From the NCBI GenBank assembly GCA_937897575.1, contig CALCQG010000124.1:1-54097 (forward strand): a stretch of 54,097 nt of DNA, in the 5' to 3' direction. The stretch comes from an uncultured Synergistales bacterium. GTDB lineage: Bacteria; Synergistota; Synergistia; Synergistales; Aminobacteriaceae. The notes beneath the pieces were generated by a model. That model was not told the DNA's origin. It did no database searches and worked only from the letters and a program-made list of their open reading frames with translations. Positions 40,980-51,600 of this stretch are shown here, piece by piece. The translations under genes and the position numbers were made by a program. Numbering within the stretch: position 1 is the first letter of the stretch; each line of letters begins with the position of its first letter.

Positions 40980-42020
40980 GTGACCATGTTTTTTTCTGCG
41001 GGAACCCCGAAAGGGACCGTCGTCGCCATCCCCGTGGCCCTGGAGCCCGATGCGAGGCCCGACGTGGCGGACGTCGCCGTGGCCCGCGACTTCGTCACCG
41101 AGGCACTGCGGCTGCTGGGGCACACCCCCGTCCCTCTGGACATCTCCCCCGACCTCCTGCGAGACCGCGAACGCCTGGATGCCCTGCTTCGTTCCACCGG
41201 GGCCGGCTTCGTCTTCAACCTCTTCGAGGGATTCGGCGACGACAGCGCCGCCGAGGCGGCGTTCTGCTCGGCCGTCGAGGTGTCGGGCATCCCGTACACG
41301 GGCAACCCGGCCCATGTCCTCGAGCTCTGCCGGTCGAAGGGGGACACGGCCCGCCTCCTGCGGAGCGCCGGCCTCCCCGTCCCCGACGGAGTGGCGCTCT
41401 TTCCAGGGTGGGAGAGGCGCGCTCTCGACGGCGTGGCGCTGCCCATCTTCGTGAAACCCCTGTGCGAGGACGGAAGCGTGGGCGTGCACCCCTTCTCCCT
41501 CGTCCGAAGAGCGGACGAACTGGACGGGACCCTTGCGCGCATGCTGGACCTCTTCCCTGAGGGCGTCTTGGTGCAGCCCTTTCTCCCGGGGCGGGAGTAC
41601 TCCGTCTCCTGCATCGGCAACGGGGCGTACCGCGCGGTGGGTGTCTCGGTCATCGATTACGACGCAGAGGGGGAAACCATCCCCTTCCGCGACTATGCGT
41701 CGAAGTGGGACCCCGCGTGCCCGCTCTACCCTCTCACCCCTGCCCCGGCCGGGGCGAAAGACGGTGAGAGGGCGTCGATGTTGGCCCTCCGCGCAGGCGA
41801 GGCCATCGGTTGCAGGGGCTATTTCAGGGTGGACCTCAGGGAGAAGGACGGAACGCTCTTCATCCTGGACGTCAACCCCAACCCCGACATGACCCCGGGC
41901 GGAGGGTTCATGCGGCAGTGCCGGGAGGGCGGCATCCCGGGAGAACGGGTGGTCGCCCATCTTCTGGAGCTGGCCCTCGAAGAGCACGGGAGAAGGAACA
42001 GCCGATGTCGAGCGTCCTGA
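40980..42020 (+). CDS. D-Ala-D-Ala-ligase-like ATP-grasp protein 2
   Basis: VFNLFEG, IPYTG, VKPLCEDGSVG, FLPGREY, YASKW, RVDLR, DVNPNP. Confidence 0.85.
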   Translation: MTMFFSAGTPKGTVVAIPVALEPDARPDVADVAVARDFVTEALRLLGHTPVPLDISPDLLRDRERLDALLRSTGAGFVFNLFEGFGDDSAAEAAFCSAVEVSGIPYTGNPAHVLELCRSKGDTARLLRSAGLPVPDGVALFPGWERRALDGVALPIFVKPLCEDGSVGVHPFSLVRRADELDGTLARMLDLFPEGVLVQPFLPGREYSVSCIGNGAYRAVGVSVIDYDAEGETIPFRDYASKWDPACPLYPLTPAPAGAKDGERASMLALRAGEAIGCRGYFRVDLREKDGTLFILDVNPNPDMTPGGGFMRQCREGGIPGERVVAHLLELALEEHGRRNSRCRAS

Positions 42021-42484
42021 TGGAGCAGTGCATGGCCGCGGCCTCCGCGACCGGAGCCTTCACCCCCGATGAACTGGACGTCCTCCGGGAGGTCCTGACG
42101 GAGTGGTCCCTCCACCCCGACGGGAACTACAGGCTGCTCACCGAGGAGCGCGACGGAGCGGCGGTCGCCTTCCTCATCTATGGGCCCACGCCCATGACGG
42201 CGTTCGCCTACGACCTCTACTGGATTGCCGTGGACCCGGCGCATCAGAAAAAGGGCCTCGGCGCGCACCTGGAACGAAGAATGTGCGCCCTTTTGCTGAA
42301 AGGGGCGAAGCGGGCCGTCCTCCGCGTGGAGACGGCAGGACGGGACGAGTACGCCGGACAGCGCTTCTTCTACCTGGCCTGCGGGTACACGGAGTGCGGG
42401 CGGATACCGAACTTCTATTCGGAGGGTGATGACCTTGTCTTCTACTGCAAAGAGATCGGCGAAGGAACCGAACAGGGGACCTGA
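42005..42484 (+). CDS. GNAT family N-acetyltransferase
   Basis: DLYWIAVDPAHQKKGLG, VET, FY...GY, NFY..GDD; ATG 42005 overlaps the upstream gene. Confidence 0.87.
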   Translation: MSSVLMEQCMAAASATGAFTPDELDVLREVLTEWSLHPDGNYRLLTEERDGAAVAFLIYGPTPMTAFAYDLYWIAVDPAHQKKGLGAHLERRMCALLLKGAKRAVLRVETAGRDEYAGQRFFYLACGYTECGRIPNFYSEGDDLVFYCKEIGEGTEQGT

Positions 42485-43835
42485 GGCGTCGAAGGACCTC
42501 CCGGAGGGCGAAAAGCCCCCCTCGTCGAGGACGAAGACGCCCCTTCTCCATGAACCCGGCAGGGCCGGATACATCCCCGCCCTCCGTTCCGCCGTCGGCG
42601 AAGAGCACTGGAACGATTGGCGCTGGCAGCTCCAGTCGAGAATAACGACGGCCGAGGAACTCGGGCGCGTCCTGCCTCTCTCCCGAAGCGAATCCGTCAC
42701 GCTGCGCAAGAGCCTGAACACGCTCCGCATGGCCATAACCCCCTACTATGCGTCCCTCATCGACGGAAAGGACCCTCAGTGTCCCATCCGGAAACAGGCC
42801 ATCCCGTCCCTCCAGGAGACGCTCATCGCTCCGTCGGACCTCCTGGACCCTCTCCACGAGGACGTGGACTCCCCCGTCCCCGGGCTGACGCACCGATACC
42901 CGGACCGATGCATCCTCCTCGTCACCGATCAGTGCGGCATGTACTGCCGGCATTGCACCAGGCGCCGGTTCGCCGGACAGAACGACCAGGCCAGATCTCC
43001 GGAGCAGATCGACGCCTGCATGGACTACATCGCCCGGACGCCGGAGATACGCGACGTCCTCGTCACCGGGGGCGACCCGCTGACCCTCTCCGACGACCGG
43101 CTGGAGGCCGTTCTCTCGCGGCTCCGGGCCATCCCGACGGTGGAGATCATTCGCATCGGCACCAGAATCCCCGTCGTGCTCCCCATGCGGATCACCGGCG
43201 AGCTCTGCGCCATGCTGAAAAAGTACCACCCCCTCTGGATCAACGTGCAGTTCAACCATCCGAAGGAGCTCACACCCGAAGCGGCCGGGGCATGCGCCAT
43301 GCTCGCCGACGCGGGGATCCCCCTCGGCAACCAGTCCGTCCTCCTGAAGGGGATCAACGACTGCCCATACATCTTCAGGGATCTCAACCGGAGGCTGCTC
43401 GGGATGCGGGTGCGCCCCTACTACATCTACCAGTGCGACCTCTCGAGGGGCATCGAGCACTTCCGCACGGCCATCGGCAAGGGCGTGGAGATCATCGAGT
43501 ACCTGAGGGGGCACACCTCCGGTCTGGCCGTCCCGACCTTTGTCGTCGACGCCCCCGGCGGCGGCGGAAAGATCCCCGTCATGCCGAACTACGTCCTGTC
43601 GAGCTCCGACCGGAAGACCGTCCTCCGGAACTTCGAGGGAGTCCTCTGCGTCTACTCGGAACCCGAGGACAACCGAAGCCGGTGCCTCGGGTCCTGCAAG
43701 GAGCTGTGCCGGCGGTCCGCCCCCGAGGACAGGGAGGGCATCCCGCGGCTCTTCGAGGGCAATGCCCTGTCCATCGAGCCGAAGGAGCTCCACAGAGACC
43801 GGCGCCGGACTAAATGGCGGCGGGACGGCGAGTGA
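42429..43835 (+). CDS. kamA: Lysine 2,3-aminomutase (radical SAM/PLP)
   Basis: WNDWRWQ, THRYPDR, CGMYCRHCTRRR, YQCD, VDAPGGGGKIP and a C-terminal Cys cluster. Start is uncertain (42426, 42429 or 42435). Confidence 0.93.
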   Translation: MTLSSTAKRSAKEPNRGPEASKDLPEGEKPPSSRTKTPLLHEPGRAGYIPALRSAVGEEHWNDWRWQLQSRITTAEELGRVLPLSRSESVTLRKSLNTLRMAITPYYASLIDGKDPQCPIRKQAIPSLQETLIAPSDLLDPLHEDVDSPVPGLTHRYPDRCILLVTDQCGMYCRHCTRRRFAGQNDQARSPEQIDACMDYIARTPEIRDVLVTGGDPLTLSDDRLEAVLSRLRAIPTVEIIRIGTRIPVVLPMRITGELCAMLKKYHPLWINVQFNHPKELTPEAAGACAMLADAGIPLGNQSVLLKGINDCPYIFRDLNRRLLGMRVRPYYIYQCDLSRGIEHFRTAIGKGVEIIEYLRGHTSGLAVPTFVVDAPGGGGKIPVMPNYVLSSSDRKTVLRNFEGVLCVYSEPEDNRSRCLGSCKELCRRSAPEDREGIPRLFEGNALSIEPKELHRDRRRTKWRRDGE

Positions 43836-43878
43836 CGCCGGAGCGGCCGGGTTGAGAACGACGACATACCAGCATGAC

Positions 43879-43905
43879 AAACGGGGCGGCCAGACCGCCC
43901 CGTTT
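43879..43905. terminator. Bidirectional terminator-like hairpin
   Basis: AAACGGGGCGG/CCGCCCCGTTT between kamA and the MFS gene. Confidence 0.7.
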
Positions 43906-43918
43906 CCCTTTGTCCGAT

Positions 43919-45109
43919 CTACTTGGCGTCTTGGAAAGTTTTGGTGAACAGCATGGGGAGACAGAGAAGCGGGAGGAGGGCGACGATGAGGAGGATGGCA
44001 TCCACCCCGAAAAGGTCCCCCACTTTGCCGAAGGGGCCCATGAGCATGTTGGCGATGCCCCATGAAAGACCCATGACGACGGAGCTCGCCATGCCTCTCG
44101 AGTTCGGGGTCAGCTCCTGTGCTATGGCCGCCGTCACCGGCATGGTGGCGTTGATGGCGGCGGTCCCCAGAGCGAAGAACAGGATGGCCCCCCAGCCGCT
44201 CAACATCCGCCCGGCGAGCAGGAGAACGGGAGTCCCCATCATGGCGAAGACCAGCACCCTCTTTTTTCCCCATCTGTCCGCCGCTCTGCCCATGATCACC
44301 ATGCTCACGGTGCTCCCAGCCATCAGAAGGAAGAGGGCGGTCCCTATGAAGGCAAGATCTCGCCCCTCGAAGGCGAGGCGGAGGGGGAGAAAGATGCGCA
44401 CACCCTGGCTCACCGCATCCCGGATGGTGGAGATGATCCACACGGGGTAGATGACGGAGAACACCGACGTGAGCGTGGCGAAAAGCCCCTTTTGCGGGAC
44501 GACGGCCTCCTCGCCCTCCCGGGAGATGGACGGCATGGTCCGCCAGATGTACCACCCCAACAGCGCCACGGGAATGAAGTTCACCACGGGCATAAGCTTC
44601 AGTCCCACCGTCTCGGCGAGCCCAACGGCAAGAAGGGGGCTCAGCGTGGTCCCGGCGGTCCCGGCCACGGCGAAGACGGCCAGGGAGACCGTCAGGCGCT
44701 CCCGGGGCACCACGTGCCCCACGCCGCCGTGCCCCTGGGGGTGAAACATGGCGCTTCCCAGGGCCCAAATGGATACGAAGAGCAGCCCCGCCCCATAGGT
44801 CGGGGACAGGGGGATCAGGCACGCTCCGAGACATGTGAGGATCGGCCCGAAAATGATGAGCCAGGGGTTCGACGACCGGTCGGAGAGATAGCCCACTACG
44901 GGCTGGAACACGATGTGAATGGCGCCGAGAAGGGTGCTGAAGAACCCCGCCTGAGCCATGGACAACCCCAGACGCGTCACCAGCCCCGGGAGGAACGTGG
45001 GAAAGAAGGAGGCGTAGAGGTCGTTGAAAAAATGCCCTATGGAGAGCAGCGAGAGCTTGAACCATGGGCGTTCCGTATATGCACCGCTATACCGGAGCGT
45101 GGGCGGCAT
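43919..45109 (-). CDS. MFS transporter (Fsr-like)
   Basis: GHFFNDLY, QPVVGYLSDR, FHPQG, GRAADRWG. Start is uncertain. Confidence 0.85.
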   Translation of the reverse strand: MPPTLRYSGAYTERPWFKLSLLSIGHFFNDLYASFFPTFLPGLVTRLGLSMAQAGFFSTLLGAIHIVFQPVVGYLSDRSSNPWLIIFGPILTCLGACLIPLSPTYGAGLLFVSIWALGSAMFHPQGHGGVGHVVPRERLTVSLAVFAVAGTAGTTLSPLLAVGLAETVGLKLMPVVNFIPVALLGWYIWRTMPSISREGEEAVVPQKGLFATLTSVFSVIYPVWIISTIRDAVSQGVRIFLPLRLAFEGRDLAFIGTALFLLMAGSTVSMVIMGRAADRWGKKRVLVFAMMGTPVLLLAGRMLSGWGAILFFALGTAAINATMPVTAAIAQELTPNSRGMASSVVMGLSWGIANMLMGPFGKVGDLFGVDAILLIVALLPLLCLPMLFTKTFQDAK

Positions 45110-45217
45110 GGGGTTTTCACCTCGAGTATCGGGATTCGTCACTACACCTCATACCATAGAGCACCGCAGCGCTTTATGCAAGGTGTATTGCATACACCGA
45201 AAATGCTGCAACGCCCT

Positions 45218-45577
45218 TCAGCCTCTCGGCGAAAGAAAGAGCGCGAGCCAGAGGCACGCAGGGTCCGACGACGTGTGGCTCACCCTGTGACGAAGGCCGG
45301 CCGGCAGAAGGACCCAGTCCCCCTGGTGGAGCCGCTCCCTCCGGCCGCCGTCGAATTCGATCTCTCCTTCTCCCTGGAGCACCGCCACCCACTCGTCCTC
45401 GTCCTGATCGTACCAGAAACCGGGGGGAGAGACATGCCCCCGGGAGAGGATCGTCTCGAGGCGAAGGCCCTCTCTCTCGAGAATCCCCAGCGTCCGCTCT
45501 CCTTCACCATGAAAGGGGGGGAAGCCCGTGAGGCTTCCCCGCACAACGTCTCGTTCTCTCTCCTTCGGTGCGGCCAT
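45218..45577 (-). CDS. Cupin domain protein
   Basis: WYDQDEDEWV, GDWVLLPAGLRHRV, WLALF; starts 3 nt after the clpB stop. Confidence 0.82.
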   Translation of the reverse strand: MAAPKERERDVVRGSLTGFPPFHGEGERTLGILEREGLRLETILSRGHVSPPGFWYDQDEDEWVAVLQGEGEIEFDGGRRERLHQGDWVLLPAGLRHRVSHTSSDPACLWLALFLSPRG

Positions 45578-45580
45578 GGC

Positions 45581-48187
45581 TTATCTCTTCGCCGAGAGGG
45601 CGAGGTGCCCGTCCCGTTCGTCCACGGTGATGACGGACCCCTCCTCCGCCTCCCCCGACAGGATCATCTTCGCCACGGGCGTCTCCACGTTCCGGACCAT
45701 GAATCGCTTCAGCGGCCGGGCGCCGTAGACGGGGTCGTACCCCTCCCGGGCAATGAACTTCTCGCCCCGCTCCGTGAGGTCCAGGGTGATGTTCCGCTCC
45801 GCGAGCCTCTTCTGAAGCCCCTGCACGAGCAGCCGCACGATATGTCCGATCTCCTCCATGGTGAGGGGCTTGAAGAGGACCACGTCGTCGACCCTGTTCA
45901 GGAACTCGGGGCGGAAGTGCCTTCGCAGCTCCGCCATGACCTCCTCCACCGTGCCCTCCCGCAGCTCCCCTTCGGGCGTTATGCCCTCGAGGAGCAGGGG
46001 TGCGCCGATGTTGCTCGTCATGATGATCACCGTGTTCTTGAAGTTCACCACGTGCCCCTTGTTGTCGGTGATCCGCCCGTCGTCCAGGATCTGGAGCAGG
46101 ATGTTGAAGACGTCAGGGTGGGCCTTCTCGATCTCGTCGAAGAGGATCACCGAGTAGGGCTTGCGCCGGACGGCCTCGCTGAGTTGGCCGCCCTCGTCGT
46201 ACCCAACGTACCCCGGGGGCGCTCCCACCATGCGGGACACGGAGTGCTTCTCCATGTACTCCGACATGTCGAGGCGGATCAGATTCTCCTCGCTGTCGAA
46301 GAGCGCTTCGGCGAGGGTCTTCGCGAGCTCCGTCTTCCCGACGCCCGTGGGCCCCAGAAAGATGAAGGAGCCGATGGGCCGCTTCGGGTCCTTGATGCCG
46401 CTTCTCGCCCGAAGGACGGCATCGGCCACGAGCTCCACCGCCTCGTCCTGCCCGACGACCCGCCGGTGCAGGATATCCGCCAGCTTCAGCAGCTTCTCCC
46501 GCTCGCCTTCCATAAGCTTCGTCACGGGGATGCCCGTCCACCGGCTGATGATCTCCGATATCTCGTCCTCCGTGACCTCCTCCCGGAGGATCTTCTGCCC
46601 CTCGCCGCCCTGGATGCCCTCCTCCTTCGCTCTGAGCTCCTCCTCGAGCCGGGGAAGGGTCCCGTGCTTCAGCTCGGCGGCTCTGTTCAGGTCGTATTCG
46701 CGCTCGGCCTTCTCGATCTCCCGCTGCGTCGTTGCGATTCGCTCCCGGAGAGCCCGGACCTCCCCTATGCCCTTTTTCTCCGACTCGTACCGCTCACGCA
46801 GGAGCCCCTGCTCATCCCTGGCCTCCTCCAGCTCGTCCTGAAGGGCCTTCAGGCGCACCGCACTCGCCGGGTCCTTCTCCTTCTTCAGGGCGGCCTCCTC
46901 GATCTCGAGTTGCATCACCTTGCGCGAGACGCCGTCCAGCTCCGACGGCATGGAGTCGATCTCCGTCCGGATCATGGCGCAGGCCTCGTCCACAAGGTCG
47001 ATGGCCTTGTCGGGGAGGAAGCGGTCGGTGATGTACCGGTTGGAGAGCACCGCCGCGGCCACGAGGGCGTTGTCCCGGATCTTCACGCCGTGGAAGACCT
47101 GGAAGCGATCCTTCAGGCCCCGGAGGATGGAGATGGTGTCCTCCACCGTGGGCTGCTCCACAAGGACGGGCTGGAAGCGCCGCGCGAGGGCCGCGTCCTT
47201 CTCGATGTGCTTCCGGTATTCGTCCACCGTCGTGGCGCCGATGCAGTGCAGTTCACCCCGCGCCAGCATGGGCTTGAGCATGTTGCCCGCGTCGATGGCG
47301 CCCTCGGCGGCGCCGGCGCCCACGATGGTATGCAGCTCGTCGATGAAGAGGATGATGCGGCCGTCGCTCTCCCGAACCTCATTGAGCACGGCCTTGAGAC
47401 GCTCCTCGAACTCGCCGCGGAACTTCGCCCCCGCCACGAGGGCTCCCATGTCCAGGGCGAAGATGGCCCGGTCCTTCAGCCCCTCGGGGACGTCCCCCTT
47501 CACGATCCGGTTCGCGAGGCCCTCGACGATGGCCGTCTTGCCCACGCCGGGGTCGCCGATGAGGACGGGGTTGTTCTTCGTCTTCCGGCTCAGGATGCGC
47601 ACCACGCGCCGGACCTCCTCGTCCCGTCCGATGACGGGGTCGAGCTTGCCCAAGCGCGCGAGGGCCACGAGGTCCCGCCCGTACTTCTCCAGAGCTTCGT
47701 AGGTCTCCTCGGGGGCATCGCTGCTGACCCGGGTATTGCCCCGCATCTCCGTGAGGGCGGTGAGAAACTTCTCCTCCGTCACGCCGCTCTCGGCAAGAAT
47801 TCTGCCCGCGGCGGTCGCGGTGCCCTCGTCGATGAGCGCGCCCATCAGATGCTCCACCGAGACGTACTCGTCCTTCATCTGCTTCGCCTGGGCCTCCGCC
47901 TTCATGAGAAGACGCGAAAGCCGCTGGGACAGATAGATCTTCCCCGGCTCGACGCCCGGCCCCGAGACCCGGACCCGCCGGGTAAGCTCCTCCTCGACTC
48001 TGCGGGCAAGTCCTGCAGGGTCGATCTCCATCTTCCGGAGCAACCGGGGGACAAGACCGCCCGTCTGCTCCGTCAGGGCCAGCAGCAGATGCTCCCCGTC
48101 CACCTCCCTGTGACCGTAGGTGACGGCCCTGTTCTGCGCCTCGGACAGGGCTTCCTGGGATTTCTTCGTCAGTTTCGACAGGTCCAT
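45581..48187 (-). CDS. clpB: ATP-dependent chaperone ClpB
   Basis: Two AAA modules (GDPGVGKT and GPTGVGKT), a long M-domain coiled coil, and GARPL; ATG 48187 follows AAGGAG. Confidence 0.97.
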   Translation of the reverse strand: MDLSKLTKKSQEALSEAQNRAVTYGHREVDGEHLLLALTEQTGGLVPRLLRKMEIDPAGLARRVEEELTRRVRVSGPGVEPGKIYLSQRLSRLLMKAEAQAKQMKDEYVSVEHLMGALIDEGTATAAGRILAESGVTEEKFLTALTEMRGNTRVSSDAPEETYEALEKYGRDLVALARLGKLDPVIGRDEEVRRVVRILSRKTKNNPVLIGDPGVGKTAIVEGLANRIVKGDVPEGLKDRAIFALDMGALVAGAKFRGEFEERLKAVLNEVRESDGRIILFIDELHTIVGAGAAEGAIDAGNMLKPMLARGELHCIGATTVDEYRKHIEKDAALARRFQPVLVEQPTVEDTISILRGLKDRFQVFHGVKIRDNALVAAAVLSNRYITDRFLPDKAIDLVDEACAMIRTEIDSMPSELDGVSRKVMQLEIEEAALKKEKDPASAVRLKALQDELEEARDEQGLLRERYESEKKGIGEVRALRERIATTQREIEKAEREYDLNRAAELKHGTLPRLEEELRAKEEGIQGGEGQKILREEVTEDEISEIISRWTGIPVTKLMEGEREKLLKLADILHRRVVGQDEAVELVADAVLRARSGIKDPKRPIGSFIFLGPTGVGKTELAKTLAEALFDSEENLIRLDMSEYMEKHSVSRMVGAPPGYVGYDEGGQLSEAVRRKPYSVILFDEIEKAHPDVFNILLQILDDGRITDNKGHVVNFKNTVIIMTSNIGAPLLLEGITPEGELREGTVEEVMAELRRHFRPEFLNRVDDVVLFKPLTMEEIGHIVRLLVQGLQKRLAERNITLDLTERGEKFIAREGYDPVYGARPLKRFMVRNVETPVAKMILSGEAEEGSVITVDERDGHLALSAKR

Positions 48188-48199
48188 GGCACTCACTCC

Positions 48200-48252
48200 T
48201 TATTGACCAATATTAACCAATTTGATTATATCTGCTTTACTCTTCGATTCAA
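48200..48252 (-). promoter_or_regulatory. clpB promoter and CtsR-box-like repeats
   Basis: TTGAAT-16-TATAAT (48252-48225) followed by AATCAAA-TT-GGTTAAT-ATT-GGTCAAT. Confidence 0.65.
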
Positions 48253-48639
48253 AGAGAGAATGGGCGGTATATTGTCCATAAGTGCGTTGTACTTCATCTT
48301 TTCTCTCTCTTTCGCTCTCATTCTTCGTGAATCATCTCTCTCCTCCCCTCTCACAAGGCGCTGACATGTCCGATCCCGGAGCGCTCTCGGACGTCCGCCC
48401 CAGGAGGGCTCGAACCCGCATCCGGCTACGAAAGCGGCGGCGGTTCTTCGGCCGGATCATCAGGGAGGGTCTTTCCCACCCCGAGGCAGGAGACGCCGTG
48501 CTCTGAGTGTCCACGGCGTTTCCCGAGATGGGAGCGAGAGGAGCCATCCCGGCTCCCATCCTTTTTCATCGAGCCGGTTTATGATATATACTTGATCCGT
48601 AGAGCTAGGGAACGAACAGCATAGGGGAGGAGATCACTC

Positions 48640-51600
48640 ATGAAACGTCTGCTTCTGATGGTTCTCGCGGCGCTGATTCTTTTCGGCGGGGTCGGAGGCG
48701 TGGAGGGCGCCGTTCAGGACGGCGAGTTCTCCGTCGCCACCTTCACCCCGCAGGGGATAGTCAAAGGAAAACCGGCCGTCACCGTCGTCTTCTCCCAGCC
48801 TGCGGCTGCGAAGGAGTCCGTGGGCAGGCCTGTCGCGGCGGACAAGCTCCCCCTGACCTTCTCGCCCCGCCTTCGCGGCGAGGGAAAGTGGACCGACGAG
48901 AAGACCTTCGTCTTCACCCCGTCAAGCGCGCTGCCCCAGGCGACCCTCTTCCGCTGCACCGTGTCCGACGCCCTCCGGGACCTTCAGGGGCGCCGGCTCT
49001 CGGGCAGACAGACCTTCGAGTTCTCCACCGAGGCGTTGAAGCTTCTCTCCGTCCGGCAGTCCGACTTCTCGAACGACCGGGCCACGCTCGACCTGAACTT
49101 CAACCTTCCCGTGACCCCGCAGCGTCTGAGGGGCTTCCTGACGATCCTAAACGAGCAGAAGGGGACGGTGGAGTACACGGTGTTCGGCAACGCGCCGGCG
49201 TCCATGGTCCAGGTCGCCTTCTATCCGTCGGACGCGAGCAAGTTTACGGCCGTCGTGGCCCCCGGGCTGACCAGCGACGCCGGCCCTCTCGGGACGACGA
49301 CCACCGGCCAGTTCCCCGTCACTGTCACGCGGCAGATCGAAATAACCAGCCTGTTCGCCCAGAGCCGCTCCGCCGATCAGGGGGTCATCCGGGTCTCCAC
49401 GTCCGTGGGGGCGGATCTGGCGTCGGTCCGGCAGTATGTCGAGCTCTCCCCGGCCGGCTCCTTCACCGTGGAGCCTGAGTACAACGGCTTCTCCATCGTG
49501 GGCGATTTCGCGCCGAGACAGCGGGTCACGGTGACCATCAAGAAGGGGCTGCCCTCCTCCTACGGGACGGCTCTGGCCCGGGACTTCACCCAGGCGGTGA
49601 TCTTCCCGGACATGGAGCCGGGCGTCACCTTCCCTACCGGCGGCTCCGTCCTGTCCCCGGCGGGCGATCTCAGGATCCCCATCGAGACGATCAACACCGA
49701 CGAGATATCCCTCAACCTCTGGCGGGTGTACGAGAACAACATCCCCGTGGCCATGTCCGGATACTCCGTCCCGAGGGAGCTCGCCCGGCTGGTGGCCTCC
49801 AAGAAGGCCTACCCTCAGGGCAAGCTGAACGAGGCGGCCCGGAGAGCCATCGACCTCCGCGAGTTCGCGGGCGACGCCAAGGGCGTCTTCCTGCTCACGG
49901 CCAACCTGGGTGATGGCGAGTACTGGAGCGAGGTGGAACAGCTCGTTGCCGTGACGGACCTCGGCGTCGTGGCCCGGGTCTTCCCCGACGGGATCACCGT
50001 CTGGGTCAACTCGATCCTCGGCATGAAGCCGGTGCCGGGAGCCACGGTCCGGGTCTACTCCAAGAGCAATCAGGTCCTGATCTCGGGCGAGACGGACGAG
50101 TCCGGTCTGTGGGCCTGGCGCGGCACGAGCGATTGGGACAGTCAGCTCACCCCGTGGCTCGTCACCGTCGAAAAACGGAACGATCTCTCCTTCCTCCGCC
50201 TGGAGAACGACCTCCTCGCCGACAACAGCTTCGACACGGGCGGTCGGGCCTGGAAGAAGGGGTACGACGCCATGCTCTTCGCGCCGAGGGGTGTGTTCCG
50301 CCCCGGCGAGACGGTGGACCTCTCGGCCATCGTCCGGAACGAAAAATGGATGCCCCCCGAGGCCTTCCCCCTGCTCTTCGTCGTCCGCTCCTCCATGGGG
50401 CGCGAGGTGGCCAGAGGCACGGCCATGCTCACGGCCGAGGGGATGGGCAGTTTCGCCCTTCCTCTGGCGGCCGCCGCACCCACGGGAAAGTACAGCGCCA
50501 CCGTGGAGCTTCCGGGCGGCGAGGTCCTCGGGCGGACGGAGTTCTTCGTCGAGGACTTTGTCGCGCCTCGCCTCGAGGTGAAGGCAACCTCGGACAGGGC
50601 GGCCCTGGCACCGGGCGAGGAGCTGACGGTGAACCTCTCCTCCCTGTACCTCTTTGGCGCGCCGGCCGCCGGGCTCCCCTTCGAGGGGGAGATCATGGCC
50701 AGGGCCATCCCCTTCCAGCATGAGAAGTGGCGGGCCTTCGTCTTCGGCGACAGCACGAAGACCTTCGAAACGGTATCCGAGCCCCTCGACGGCGGCACTC
50801 TGGACGGAGACGGCAAGGGTACCCTGTCCTACGAGCCTCCCGAGGGGTGGGCACCGCCCTCGGCCGTCCGTCTCACTGTCCTGACGAGGGTCATGGAGGA
50901 GAGCGGGCGGTGGGTCAACGCGTCCCTGAACATCCCCTTCAACCCCTACCCCGTCTACCTCGGGATTCAGTCGCCCGAGGGCGAGCGAAACACGGGCAAG
51001 GAGACGGCCGTCCGCGTGGCCGCCGTGACGCCCGAGGGGCAGCCCTCGGATCTGGAACGCGTCACCGCGTCCCTCTTCATGGTGCAGCGGCACTACAACC
51101 TGGTCCGGACGGGCAACCAGAGCCGGTATCAGGAGCAGAAGGAGTTCGTCCCCCAGACCGAGGAGGCCGTCAATCTGAAGGAGGGCGTCGGCACCTTCTC
51201 CTTCACGCCGAAGAGCCAGGGCGAATATCTGCTTCGGTTCACCGACGAGGCGTCGGGGAGCACGGCCTCCACGACCATGTTCGTCTGGGCCCCCTACGGA
51301 GCCCAGGAGAGCTCGGGCTCCTCTCTGCCGGACAGAGTGACCATAGCGTTGGACAAGGAGAAGTACGCCCCCGGCGACAAGGCCGCCGTGACGCTTCGCA
51401 GCCCCTTCCCGGGGAATCTGCTCATCACCGTGGAGACGGACCGGGAGCTCTTCCGGAGCGTCGTAACGCTGGACAAGGGCAGTGCGACCGTCGAGATCCC
51501 CGTGACCCAGGAGATGGTCCCCAACGGGTACGTCACCGCCTGGGTCGTCCGTCCCGTGGTGGCCGGCGAGCCCTGGGGCAGCCACCGGGCGATCGGCATC

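Noticed and set aside
44492..48364. 1290-aa plus-strand ORF
   Set aside because: Antisense shadow of clpB, the cupin and the MFS gene. High GC3 codon bias removes stops on the opposite strand, and it has no recognisable motifs.
48395..48470. GGTTCGAGCCC T-loop-like motif on the minus strand suggesting a tRNA
   Set aside because: The T-stem is mismatched and no acceptor, D or anticodon arms can be built.
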